DNA of 64,000 nucleotides from Lama guanicoe. Taxonomy: Eukaryota. The stretch spans positions 1,674,001-1,738,000 of the forward strand of contig MU054212.1 of assembly GCA_013239625.1 (NCBI GenBank), given 5' to 3'. Positions within the stretch are counted from its first letter, which is position 1, and each line of letters begins with the position of its first letter. Both the position numbers and the translations under genes were made by a program. This document shows positions 52,660-64,000 of this stretch, in pieces. Below the pieces are notes generated by a model. It did not search any database, was not told where the DNA came from, and worked only from the letters and a program-made list of their open reading frames with translations.

Positions 52660-53030
52660 CACTAGAATGGGATACATTCATCTATTTATCACTGAAGCCT
52701 TTGAGGGCCAGAATCTTTAACTTGTTTACTGCTCTATCCTCAGGCATGTAGTATGCCCTCAATAAATATGTTTTGAATGAATGAGTGAATGAATGGAGCA
52801 TGTGCTCTGGCTAATTGCTGTGTTAGACACCGGGAAAGCCACATGGTCTGATGGAAAGGCCACAGGATTTGCAGTCACACTGTTATGGGTTCCCACCCAT
52901 CTCCTGACCTCCATTTACTCTTCTGGACGGTGGGACTCATGATGTGCACTTTATAGGGAGATCGCAATGATTAAACGTATTGGTCAAATGCCTAGCCCAG
53001 TGCCAGGGCTCAGCAGGTGTGGAGTGAACC
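52660..53030 (+). mobile_element. L2 tail followed by decayed MIR
   Basis: ctcaataaatatgttttgaatgaatgagtgaatgaatg; then tgattaaacg...aaatgcctagcccagtgccagggctcag. Confidence 0.7.
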
Positions 53031-55719
53031 CTTATCAGCTTTCTCCTTCTATGAGTTCTGGACTCCGCAGAGGCCTTGGTCAGGCTGGGAAGATGCTTGA
53101 GAAGGGAGGACTGGCTGTTTCTGTGTTCCGCCTTTGCTTCTTGTACCTGGTGGAGAAAACTGGCTGTGCCTACACCAAGTCATCAATCTCCTTTCAGGCC
53201 ACACACCTGGAATTGGGAACTGGAAGGCACTGGCTCCAGTGGCAGCTGGTTCTTCTTATAGCTACAGCCCAGACACACGGGGAATTTAGAAAAAGGAGGA
53301 GGTTTTCGTCATCTTACTTCTATCGTGTACACTACTGTATTGGCTTGGCAACTGATATGTTTTGTTGTATATAGAATACTTTGCACAAGACCGCTTGTTG
53401 CCGACTATGGCACGCCAGAGCTTGACTATGTTTAAAATCAACCATGGAGGATGTCTACTGTCCACATCAGAGGAGGAGGATGGGCAGCAGTGTGAATCAT
53501 AATTCTTCCTATATTTATATTCCCCAAACTACCTGCTTATATGCTTTAAAAAAAGTCTCCATATTGAGTACTGGTCATTAGCAAGCTGATTACATTTCAG
53601 AAGAATGTCTGAACTTCCCAAGCCTTATATTTCATACCAGAAACCTAAGCTGAAATAGTTTTGTGCAATAACATGTTTGATAGAGGCAAAATAATTTAAA
53701 CAAATAATTAGCCTGGAGAATAAAAGTGTACACAAAAGCACAATTAATGAACTTACTAATTGTCCTTCCCTGCTGTGGACATTGCTCAAAGTTGAATTTT
53801 AAGCTATTGCATAACTATAAGCTACTGTTCGAAGCCACAGAACTGGATGACTCATTGTCAGTCATTAATGCTGCCTTAAAAACAAACTGAAGCTCTCAGA
53901 GAGAAAATGTGTTCACCTAAGCACACATTTTGAAAATAAAGCCAGTCTTAGATGATAAACTGGTCTTCGAATCTTTGGGGGGAAAATACACACTCACAAG
54001 AGATTTGTGGGTTTTAATGCCCTATGTAAATATTAGACAGGCAATGCTGACCTTCTTCCAAATTCTCCATTAGCTCGACAGGGATGAATTTGGTGTGTCC
54101 TGACCACGTGGTCCAATGAGTCCACCCTCCCTATCTCCCCCTTGGCTGAAATGGAATCAAAATGATCAAAATGTGAACTAAAGTGCCTTTTGTGCTTAAT
54201 CTTCTCTGTATGGGATGGAGGCCACGTCCTCCTCCTTCCTGTCCTCCTCTTCATCTTCTTCTTCTCCTTTAATTCCTACAGGAGCAGAGTTTTCTGGCTT
54301 TAGCTAGAAGGCTGCAAGTGATAGAAATTGTAAAAACAGAAACTGTTCTCCTGTGTTCCCAGCCTGCGAACAAAAGTGGGAAAAGGCAACAGAAGGACAG
54401 TCGAGGGTTAGATAAATTCCTGGCAGAACTGTTGGGTGTTTCCTCAAGCAGAACTACAACAAAGAAAGATCTTTGTATCCCTGAGGGCAATTGTTTTTTT
54501 AACTTGGCTCCAAAGGATTGTTATTTCTGATTTTAGCATTTTACATGAAATGACACTACAGCAATCACCTAAAAACAATGCACTTTAAAGTAAACCACTC
54601 AGAGAAAGAATTGATCCTTTGTATCTCTGACTTTGGCATCTTAAGGGACTGCATGTAGATTGACATCAATTCATAAAATGGAACAGTCATCCATCAGCAT
54701 GGTGGGGTTTTCTTTCTTCTCATCTACACTTCGTAACGTGATGAACTGATTTAGAGTATTACAGGTCTGATCTCAACAGGGACAATTGCAAATAATAAGA
54801 AGCCCTAGGATTCTGGAAGTGTCTGCAGTGATGGGATATTCCAGCGGGGAGAAAAGGAGGTCGATGGCCTAACAAAGGCAGTTCAAGCACTAAAACATAT
54901 TTGGAAAAACTGCTTTCTGGTATCCCACTGGGTAGGAGGGTGAGGACTGTGGAGAAGCAGGACTGGGAGCAGGAGGAAGAGGTGGCAGTGGCACCTCCTC
55001 TCCTCCAGCCAGAGCAGGTGTCCATCACATCCAAAGTGTCCTGTTGCAGGTACCAGGGCCTGGGTCCATGGTGTGGCCAGGGTGGGGAAAGGGGCAGTGC
55101 AGTGATGGCATTTCAGAGGCCTCACTGGGGTCCTTTCCCTCACTAATGTGAGGTTTATACTGTAAGGATTTGTTTACACCCCTCCTCACCCCCACTGAGT
55201 TCCCAGAAGGAGAGGAGGCTGGCGGGAAGCGGGCAGGAGGGTCTTACTAGCGGCAGCGTCATTGAGGTCACAATCTCGTCAGTTTTGCTTGTCCAGACAG
55301 TACATTTCTGATGATTTGGGTAATTTCAGCAGAAAAGAGGGCCTGAGTCTGTGTGTGGGGGAGGGGAGCAGATCTGACTTTGAGGGGACAAAGGCACAGA
55401 AAAAAGAGGGGAGGGGCAGGCAAGCCAAGGTATTTTTCCATCTTTACATTTTGCTCAGGGCCATCCAAGTCCAGCAGTGCAAGCCCCAGCTCCCCTGAGA
55501 TGTACTGGAGAGAAATTTCTACAAGCAGAAAATCTAAACTGCCAGGGCTCTTAGCAGGGAGTATGCCTGCTGCAGAGGTTTCCTGGGGGAGGGAGATGTC
55601 CTGAGGGGTCCTGGGGGACAGTCATCTCAAAGAGGGTATGGGGGGCTGTGTTTGCTGCTGATGACTCCTTTACCACTTAGTTCTGTATTTGGGATTCCAG
55701 AGGAGTGGCTGGGTGCCCA

Positions 55720-55930
55720 GATGTCCTGTCTTCTGCCGGCATTTGCATCCTGGCTCAGTCCTCTCCCATTTGTGTGACCTTGGGACAAAGTTTCTGTATC
55801 TCAATTTCCTCCTTCGTAAAGTGGGGATAGTCACAGGACCCACCCTACAGACCTGCTATAAAGAGTAAATGAGATAATCAATAGAAAGCATTAGAGCAAT
55901 ATCTGGTACCACGTGTCATAGATGTTAGCT
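55720..55930 (+). mobile_element. MIR SINE
   Basis: tgtgtgaccttggga...tctcaatttcctccttcgtaaagtggggatagt...taaatgagataat. Confidence 0.8.
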
Positions 55931-56178
55931 AAAATCCTAATTGCTTTCCCCTCCAAATAGTGCAGAATGTGCCCTTGTATCCAAGACAAGAACGAATCAG
56001 AACGGCTTTGAGGTTTTTTTGGGGGTTTTTTTGTTTTTTTTTTTTATCCCCTGGAATGGTTTCCAGAATGATTTGGCTTCTGGAGAGGGAATTATAAGGC
56101 AGTTGAACTTCTCTGGTTCTGTCTTCGACTCATTATCGTGCAGGAGTAACACAGGTTAATCGCATAGCTAATTAAGAG

Positions 56179-56316
56179 ATAACATTAATGGAATCTGAGT
56201 TGGTGCCCTGATAAAGCCGAGCCCTGGCAGATAAATGCTGAGGTGGAGCCAAGCCATTTATTTGAGGAGCAGCAGGGCTCCTATCAGGGCACCGACTCCA
56301 GTTCCATTAAAGTTAT
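56179..56316. repeat. Long imperfect inverted repeat; probable ancient palindromic interspersed repeat (MER135-like class, family unconfirmed)
   Basis: Left arm ataacattaatggaatctgagttggtgccctgata versus reverse complement of right arm ataactttaatggaactggagtcggtgccctgata. Inner stems gagccctg/cagggctc and cagataaatg/catttatttg. Confidence 0.8.
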
Positions 56317-58719
56317 TGATACTACACCCCAATATAAAACTGTGAGAAAAGGCAGTGCATCTTTATTCGGTTTCATTTTTCTAAGCCCGCCCAGCGTTAG
56401 CAGTACCAGTGGAACAGAATGAAACAGTAGCTAGGTAATACCAGCCCCTATAATTGAACAACACACTTAATAATGAATTAACAAATGAATGAATGAACAT
56501 TAAAGAAATTCCAACGCCGTTGCAATGAACATGCATGCAGCCATTTGCAGGGGGATGCTGACAGGGCATCCAGCAGGACCAATCCCTCCCTGAATTGATC
56601 AGTTGTTTTTTTCAGGGCTTTGCCTTGAAGCAAATCAATGAGGGACTGAAGTACCATTTCTGTATTTCTCCTTGTCTCCTTGAAGCTAACTTGATGAAAG
56701 AGTTGTGGCAATTTCCTTTCCTCCTTGCTTTAATAAATTTTCCCATGGCTTCTTTAATTGTTTTTTTTTTTATCTTTCTTGGGGAATGATGATCAATTAT
56801 TGCATTCAGCAAGCTGATGGCTGACAAATTCTATTTGACATGATGAAGCCATGATTTAAAGGAAGGGCTGCCGTGCTAACTACATGGCTGATTTATGAGG
56901 AGCAGTGGGGATTATATCGTGCCCTCCATGAGGGCGTGAGCACTGTGCAGTTGGCCAGATACATTTCTGAGAGCCACCCACAGCCTAAAAGATGACCTGA
57001 CACCAGCTTAGGACACTGGCCTCAGAACACTAGCATCTCTGGTCGTGGATTTGGTGACATCTTTGCCAGCTGCATCCTCACAATTTCCTGCACACAGGTT
57101 GCTATTGGCCCTTGCCTCTTCCTCCTGAAAAGCCCCCACGGGGGCAAATTTCCTTCAGAGTCAATAAGCTCCAACAAAGGGCTTTGACAGAGCGAGGGGA
57201 ATCAGCTACTGAAGCAATGCGACCTCACTTGGCATTCCTGTGCTGAGAATGTTAAATACCAATTCCTTAATGAGAAGTAAACACTGGGGCTGTCTGAGAG
57301 TCACACATCAGTAAAATACAGCCTCCTCCATGGCACAGGCATAGCTGAAAATCAGTCTGAACAGTGCCCAAATACCCAACCTGCTCTTTTTCTAAACCTT
57401 GAATTCTCTGAGCCTTGAGATAATGTTCCTAAAATACAGTTCCTGGAACATGTGAAGGCTTAGCCATGGTAGTTCTTATTATTCTTGAGTTTTATTACTG
57501 TTTTATGGTCTAGACCTAAGTGAACGCAGAGGCAAATTCCAAAGGGGTATAAAGTCAGAAGAGATAAGGAACTAGCCCATCTCAATAATTAACTCGGATA
57601 ACAGGAACATTCACTCTAGACTGTTTGATTTTGATATCCTGTATTATGATTTCAAGGGGGAGTAAATTTAAATTCAAGGAAAGTTCTGTCATTTTTTCAG
57701 CTATGTAGCTTGAAAATAATTTGAAAATCAAACATCCACCCACTTTCATGCTCTTCAAAATTCCCATTTATTGAGTCTCAAAAGCAGGTATGTTCCTTTC
57801 AGCAATTTGCCAAATAAATCTGAACACACCTGAGACACTGAAACTCAAGGGGAAAAATTTTATTTTGGTTGTTTTCCTCCTGAAATTTTAAGCAGAGATT
57901 TTGCATTCAGATTAGATGTCATAGTCGTGTTACCCTATATGAAGGTCTATTGTTAAGCTTTAAAAACACATGATTACACTATTTATTTCAATTGTCTTAT
58001 TAAACAAGTAACTCATAAGTCTGTAAATCTGCAGTAACAAAAATAGTCTATGAAAACTACATGCAAAGTTCCTCATCGTAGGGGAAGGAACTGACAAAGT
58101 AAAGAAACTCACAATAAAGAATTAAATCTCTAAAATCTACACACAAAGCAAACCAGAGTTTTACGGAGATGGTGACCTACTGTGCCTATGTACTGAAGAG
58201 TAAATGCTATTCTGTTCAGTCCTTGATAAATACACACAATTTCCATGTTGAGCTAACTCTAATTACCCACAATGTCAATATGTGGAACGTGCCCAGGAAC
58301 CCAGTATAGCTAGTGTACATGAGATTTTCTTGATACTTTTTTCTTGGGGGATAGGAGACCAGGGAACAAAACTTGTGTTTCTGAACCCCAAGCAAGCCAG
58401 TTCCCCTCTGTGGATGTCCTTCCACATCTTGTTCCATTTGAAACAAGAATGCCATACAAAGATGCTTTGCAAGATGCCACATGAGAATGGCTATGTGGGC
58501 AACAGAAACATCCAACTTTGTTAGAATGTACAAGGCATGTCAGAGTCCATGTGAGAAACTTTCTCCTGACCGTCTTGCTGTGAGGAATCAAGCTTCTATT
58601 TTCTGTTGTTCTCTGAAGTCTTCATTTGCACCTAGGTTTGCTTCCGCCTCCTTAGTTCCTCTCTCTTTTTCACACTTGGACTTCTACAACATGTTACATC
58701 CTATCTGTATCCTTTCACC

Positions 58720-58865
58720 TAATTATTTGTGAATCCTTTCAACTCGGTTTTTATTGACTTCATGAGGGCAGAAACAGTTTCATTTATTTCTCCCTGTCTC
58801 CCATGTGAGATACAGAGTCTCTAGCATAAAGAAGGTGTTTCTCAAAGTGTTTATTGCATTGAATT
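58720..58865 (+). mobile_element. L2 3' end
   Basis: gacttcatgagggcagaaacagtttcatt...gtgtttattgcattgaatt. Confidence 0.6.
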
Positions 58866-58970
58866 ATTGAATATGGTCCTCTGATCATCCTTTCTGATTC
58901 TTATTGTGTCCATCTCCTCTGGGATACCTTAATAGGATGGCTCTTAAACATGATCCTTTTCCTAACTCAC

Positions 58971-59001
<31 letters not shown>

Positions 59002-59010
59002 ACACACACA
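58971..59010. repeat. (CA)n microsatellite
   Basis: Seen directly; one TA interruption. Confidence 0.95.
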
Positions 59011-59571
59011 TGGGCACACCTTTCAGGTGGTCAGCATCTTCTGCTCCCCTGGGATCTCAAAAATGTTCTGAGCAACTGGGGTGGGCCCTCATTCTTCCCT
59101 TCCCCCACATTTTCTCACTGAGAAATAGCCTCTGTTTCCTTTGCTCAACAAATCATCTAGGTGGCTTCTGTGCCCACCTTGAGTGTGAAATGCTAAGGTG
59201 GTAAAACTCCAATTCTAAAGCCATGGGGGATTTTAACAGTGATTCATAGGGGATGCCATAGACTCAGTGCTTCTGCTCAGTGAGGGATGCATTCTGAGCC
59301 CTGGTCCTTGCTGGAAGTTGTTCTTCTAACAGGAGGAGTAATATAGATCCATCACTACTTGGTGTAGCTCCAGTGGACATACAAGTCATCCCCAAAGTAG
59401 GAAAAAAAAAAACCCATTCTCCAGTAATGCTTCCTTGGCAGCAGGTGTTTTGAAGTGGGCATTGGAGAAAAACAAATGCTCTTTATCAATAAATGAGTAG
59501 AGTGCCTGCTTTTTTTAAATGAAAAATCACACATACTAGCTATTCATGGTCTGCAGATAGCACTGAGGGTC

Positions 59572-59910
59572 TATGTCAAACCAGAATTGAGTCAGAAAAA
59601 CAGAGTTTGTGTCAATTCAGTAGACGGGCTTTTATGTGAGGCCTTGGTTACAAAGGTTTTGGAGGAGTTGAAAAACAAAAACAAAACAGGTGACAGGAAG
59701 GCAAACCAGAGATTTATAACATCAGGAAGCCTCTAGGGCTGGAAGGTCTGAGGGAGGCAGTGGCATTTCCAGAGCCCAGACTTCAATGGGAACTGGAGTC
59801 ACGAAGGGAAGGGCCTGTCCCGGGGCCTGGGCCACAGAGGTGATGGCAGAAACACCACCTGAAGCAGAAAGGGAGGGAAGAAAAACCTTGGGTTCTCTTC
59901 CTCCTGCTCT
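59572..59910 (-). mobile_element. ERVL-type LTR remnant (LTR33/41-like)
   Basis: agtcagaaaaacaga...ttggttacaaagg...caggaagcctctagggctggaagg...ccagagccc layout of old ERVL LTRs in reverse. Confidence 0.45.
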
Positions 59911-62900
59911 AAATTACCTGGAGTAATTTAGAACCCAGTCAACTCAGTACTTTGCAATAATTCCAGCACAGACTTTGGTGGGCTAAAAAAGTGTAGAGGA
60001 CACATTCAAGAGATTTCAAAACCCTTGGGACATGCAAGAAGAAAAGGAATCTCAAACAAATCAGAACAAAGACTAGTCTTATCCACAGCCATCTGTGGCG
60101 TAGTTATTGTCATTTTTAACTATGTCTTTTATAAGGAATAAGTGAGACTTGATGACAGACCTCCAGGATGGATTCATTTATGGTTTCTCGCATGTGATTA
60201 TAGTTTATGGTTTACTGCACATAGTTCTGATTTCATAGCAAATGTTCCGTTGTTTCAATTAATGTTTTTGTTGTCTTCATAAACTCCAGTGCTGAAGGAT
60301 TCTTCCAGGCATCGTCACAGGCAGATATTTGAGTGGGGTGGACCTTTCTTGCCCATTATAGGAATAATGTTGGTGTCCAACCTAGACAAATAGGATGTGG
60401 TCTTTATGATGTTTATTTTTGACCAGGAAAAGCTGTAAGTGGCACAACCACTTCTTACTTCTTATCTTTAAGCGCAGGTCTTCCCTGATGTTTCATTTCA
60501 TTGGATAAGACAAATGGAGAATTTTTAAAATTTTCTCTTAAAAAAATCTTCCCCCACCCCCGTCAAAATCTGAGACACCAGATATTCTTCTTCCACTAGA
60601 GAGTACCTTAGGTCTTCCTCTAGTTCCCCTCTATCTTTCTCTCCTTCTTCCTCTTCCTTGAATATGTTTCTTTCTTCTTATCTAAGTCCCTATCCCAGGC
60701 TCTGATTTCCTTATATCTGAACTTTTATTGTTTTTCCTCCAGAAACTTCCTTTCCTTTTCACAAATCAGTTAGAAGGGAGTGTCATCTTTTATCAACCAA
60801 ACAGCTCCCACTGTTCTGTTTATAGTTTCCGTTTTGACTCCCCCCGACACACACACCCATTGGCTGGCCATTCATTCACTCCTTCCTGCTCTCCCTCCCC
60901 TCAACCTCATACCCTGCTCTGCTCAGGACGTGTCCCAGGGAGCAGCTGTGTGACTTGCTCTGTCCTTTGCTGCCTTTCTCTGCTGCAGAACCCTCTCCTT
61001 CCGCCCAAGCTCCTGATGGCCTCCAGCCTCCAGTCCAATTTACCCTACACAAGTTCTTGAAACTTACTCTATTCATAGAATAGAGGGAAAATATTTCCTC
61101 CTCTAAAGTGTCTTTTAAGTTAGTTTTTTGAGAAATATTGACAAATCAACATGTTTGTTGTGTTCAATATTTAGAATAAGCAACCTTAATGGGTTTGTTT
61201 CAACCACACTTCATTTCATAAAACAGAAGCTGTTCACGGGCCCCCTCCTGCTCTTCCTCTCTCCCAACCCAATAGTAGGCCTCTTCCTCAAAGTACAAAT
61301 CAGAGCAGCAAATCCAGGTTAAAGCAAGCTCTGTGGCAATCCAGAGCCTTACACCAGACCCCAAACTCCTCCAACCCCCCATCCTGGTAGCCGAGGAAGA
61401 GGAATGCCCATCATTGCAAGGGCGGGGACCCTCTGCGGAGATTTCTCAGCCTCTCCTCTTAATGAGTTTAACTCCAGAGATGGGCAGCTAGAGCATTCCC
61501 GCTGAGCATAATTACCATGATGGGGCACCTGGGGAGAGATTGTCACAAAGATAACTGGGTCTCAGGCTATTTAGCGCTTTACAGATGAGACTAAGGTGGT
61601 GACTTGGAAAAATGAGGTCTGGTTCGGATAGGAAGACGGCTATGGTTCATTTTCCTCCCTCCTGTAGAAGCATCAACTGTTGTGTTGCTAATTGATGTGC
61701 CTGAGCCCAGGGCACAAAACGGACTCAGGTGAGAAATCAGAGGATCCCAAGGCCGGATGGGACCGGAGGGGTCATCCTGTCCACCCCGGCCTCAGGCAGG
61801 GCTGCCTACAAACCAGCTTGGAAGGAGGGCTTGCTACCCTTTCCATCAAGCCTCAGGAGGACTGAACACGCAGATAACCGAGGGCTACGTGGGCACTGAC
61901 GACTCTACAGAGGACTATTTGTGTGTGTTTATTCTGCCTCTTCTTGCTTAAAAGCCCTACCCAGGGTCAGGGGCAGGTCCCTAACCCAGGCAGCTTACAG
62001 CAGTGCATGGAAATGTCAAAAATTCACTGGGCAGCCTGAATATACTGAAGAATCATCTTGTGCAAATTCACACCTCACCGAGGAGCTGAGAGATCTTTTA
62101 ACCACCGTCAGACTCTAACTGTGCGCAGCAGGGTGGGATGGGGCTTCTGCTTTCTCCAAAGAAAAAGTCAGTGGAGGACCTAAAACAGGGAATGGTGGAG
62201 GGTGGATTTGACAAGTGGTCCTGAGACCATTTAGAACCTGATACTCAGATGCCTGCAGAAAGGAATCTGCTAAGTATGGGTCGGAAGATGCAGGAGTTTG
62301 GGGACCTGCAGTCCCCTTTCTGGCTTTAGTGCATTCTTTGCTGTGTTCACGTAACAATACTGAGAAGGCCTCATGTAAGTGAGCCAAGGGTTTGTGGGCC
62401 CCAGGAGCTGACAGAGGGAGACAGCTGTCCTGTGGTGCTGGTTGGTCTAGATGACATCCACCATGAAGCCTGGACATATTCCCAAGATTCCAGGTGCAAG
62501 GAAAGTTTGTAGGACAAGTAGGCCCTGCTCACCCCAGCTCATGGAAGAATTGCAATCTAGATGGGAGGAGGAGAGATTCTCAAGTGAAAAACTATTAGAT
62601 ATAACTCAAGGACAAACGGCGGCGTGGGGCCAGTTCCACATGAACTGGAATTTTGGGAGGAGGGCCACCATGCATGGTTGTGGTGACTCTGGTGTCAGTC
62701 AGTGTGCAATGGAGTGTTTGAGAAAGACCTGGCAAGGTTTGCTATGTGTGGAAGGTATCACTTGCAAAGGCACAGAGAAGGAAGGGGCTTTCGGAATGAA
62801 AGCTGTGAAGATATGCGCAGAGAGCAGAATGGCCAGACCACCAAGGCATGCTGGAAAGTAGACCCGACAGGCTTCCTCTTCACAGCGAGAGCTACGCGGA

Positions 62901-63109
62901 AGAGCATTTTGTGCTCCTTCCTCTTCATCTCAAGCTGTGTTAGATCCTAAGCCACAGCAATTAGGATTCTAGATCTTTCTGCATAAAACTATTTTTGCTA
63001 TTCCCCACCCTCTTCCCACCTGCATCCTCATACTCTGTAAGCTCCTATCTCACTGAGATTTTTTCATTATGTGCTACTAATTTATGCCTGTTTCTTTGCA
63101 AAGCTATTC

Positions 63110-63470
63110 TTGTAGACTGGATTGTTCTTTCCATACCACCTTCTTGTTTGTAAAGAAAATTCTGTCTCATCTCTCAAGACCCAATGGAAATATTATATTC
63201 TCCTTGAAGCAGAACTTTCTCCAATCTCCTCCATTCTAAAACAGAGCTAAGCAAGTTTTCCTTTTGCACCAACATAGTATCTTGAACAAAGCAAAAGGAT
63301 GGAGCCTGCACTGTAGTAGAATTATTTGTATTCACTTCTATCTACTGTATGAGACTAGGATCTCTCTGATGTAAAAAAAAAATGTTGATCCACTTTTATT
63401 TCCTTGGTGCCTCCAACAGCATACATTGTTGTGGGCAGTAAGCATTTCTTCAAGGTGACTGAATGATTCA
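63110..63470 (+). mobile_element. L2 3' part
   Basis: aattctgtctcatctctcaagaccca...ctccttgaagc...tgactgaatgatt. Confidence 0.6.
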
Positions 63471-64000
63471 CGAGAAGGGCATTTTCAGTTTTTGGAGGCT
63501 CCTAAACATCAGAGGAAGACAGCCTATCAATGAGCCCTAAAGAACCCATGAGGTTCTTAAATAGGGGGTGACATTATAATTCCATTTTAGGCCATTTATT
63601 CCATTTATAAAGAAAATATTAATGGAAAGTAGGAGTCTAAGAAGATTTGTTGAGTAGATAGGAAGGCTGGAGGTTCTCCCTGGAGGAATACAATGTCTTA
63701 CTTCTTTGATAATCACTCCTTGGCACTTTAGCATCTTTAGATTCAGTAAACATCTCCAGAAGAAGATCATGGGTGAGATCTGAGCTGGGCATTGTTATAC
63801 AGAGTGGGTCTCAGCTGGAGCATCTGCTGTTGGATAACCTGAGCTTTCATATGGTATCTCAGAAAACCCTCCAGGTGCCCTGGAAGGCAGGAATAAATTA
63901 AAAACAAACAAACAAAAAAAAACTTCAGTATCACCTACAGTTCTAATCTCAGAAATTTTGTTAAATTACAACTTGAAACTGCTCACAATGGGAAGTGGTT

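Noticed and set aside
625..63770. All ORFs in the supplied track as protein-coding genes
   Set aside because: All are under 150 aa, many start at non-ATG codons or lie in repeats or low-complexity sequence, and none resembles a protein family I recognise.
1..64000. CRISPR arrays, operons, rRNA/tRNA genes or other prokaryotic-type systems
   Set aside because: The sequence is mammalian; no regularly spaced repeats, long ORFs or RNA-gene signatures were seen.

Overview
The window is eutherian-mammal non-coding DNA (moderately AT-rich, CpG-depleted, no CpG island), probably intergenic or deep intronic. I could not recognise any protein-coding exon, processed pseudogene or structural RNA gene. 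The ORF track holds only short chance ORFs, many inside repeats. Much of the window is ancient pan-eutherian repeats: many MIR SINEs and L2 LINE fragments, old L1M pieces, MaLR/ERVL solo LTRs (MLT1B/D/F/J, LTR33/41-like), hAT MITEs (MER5, MER91) and microsatellites, with several nested insertions. I saw no young lineage-specific SINE. The most notable unexplained structures are two long imperfect palindromes (56179-56316 and 19067-19240), several enhancer-like motif clusters and a few well-formed minus-strand splice-site pairs. I cannot support a novel biological system from this sequence. Repeat family names come from my recollection of consensus sequences, and boundaries are approximate.
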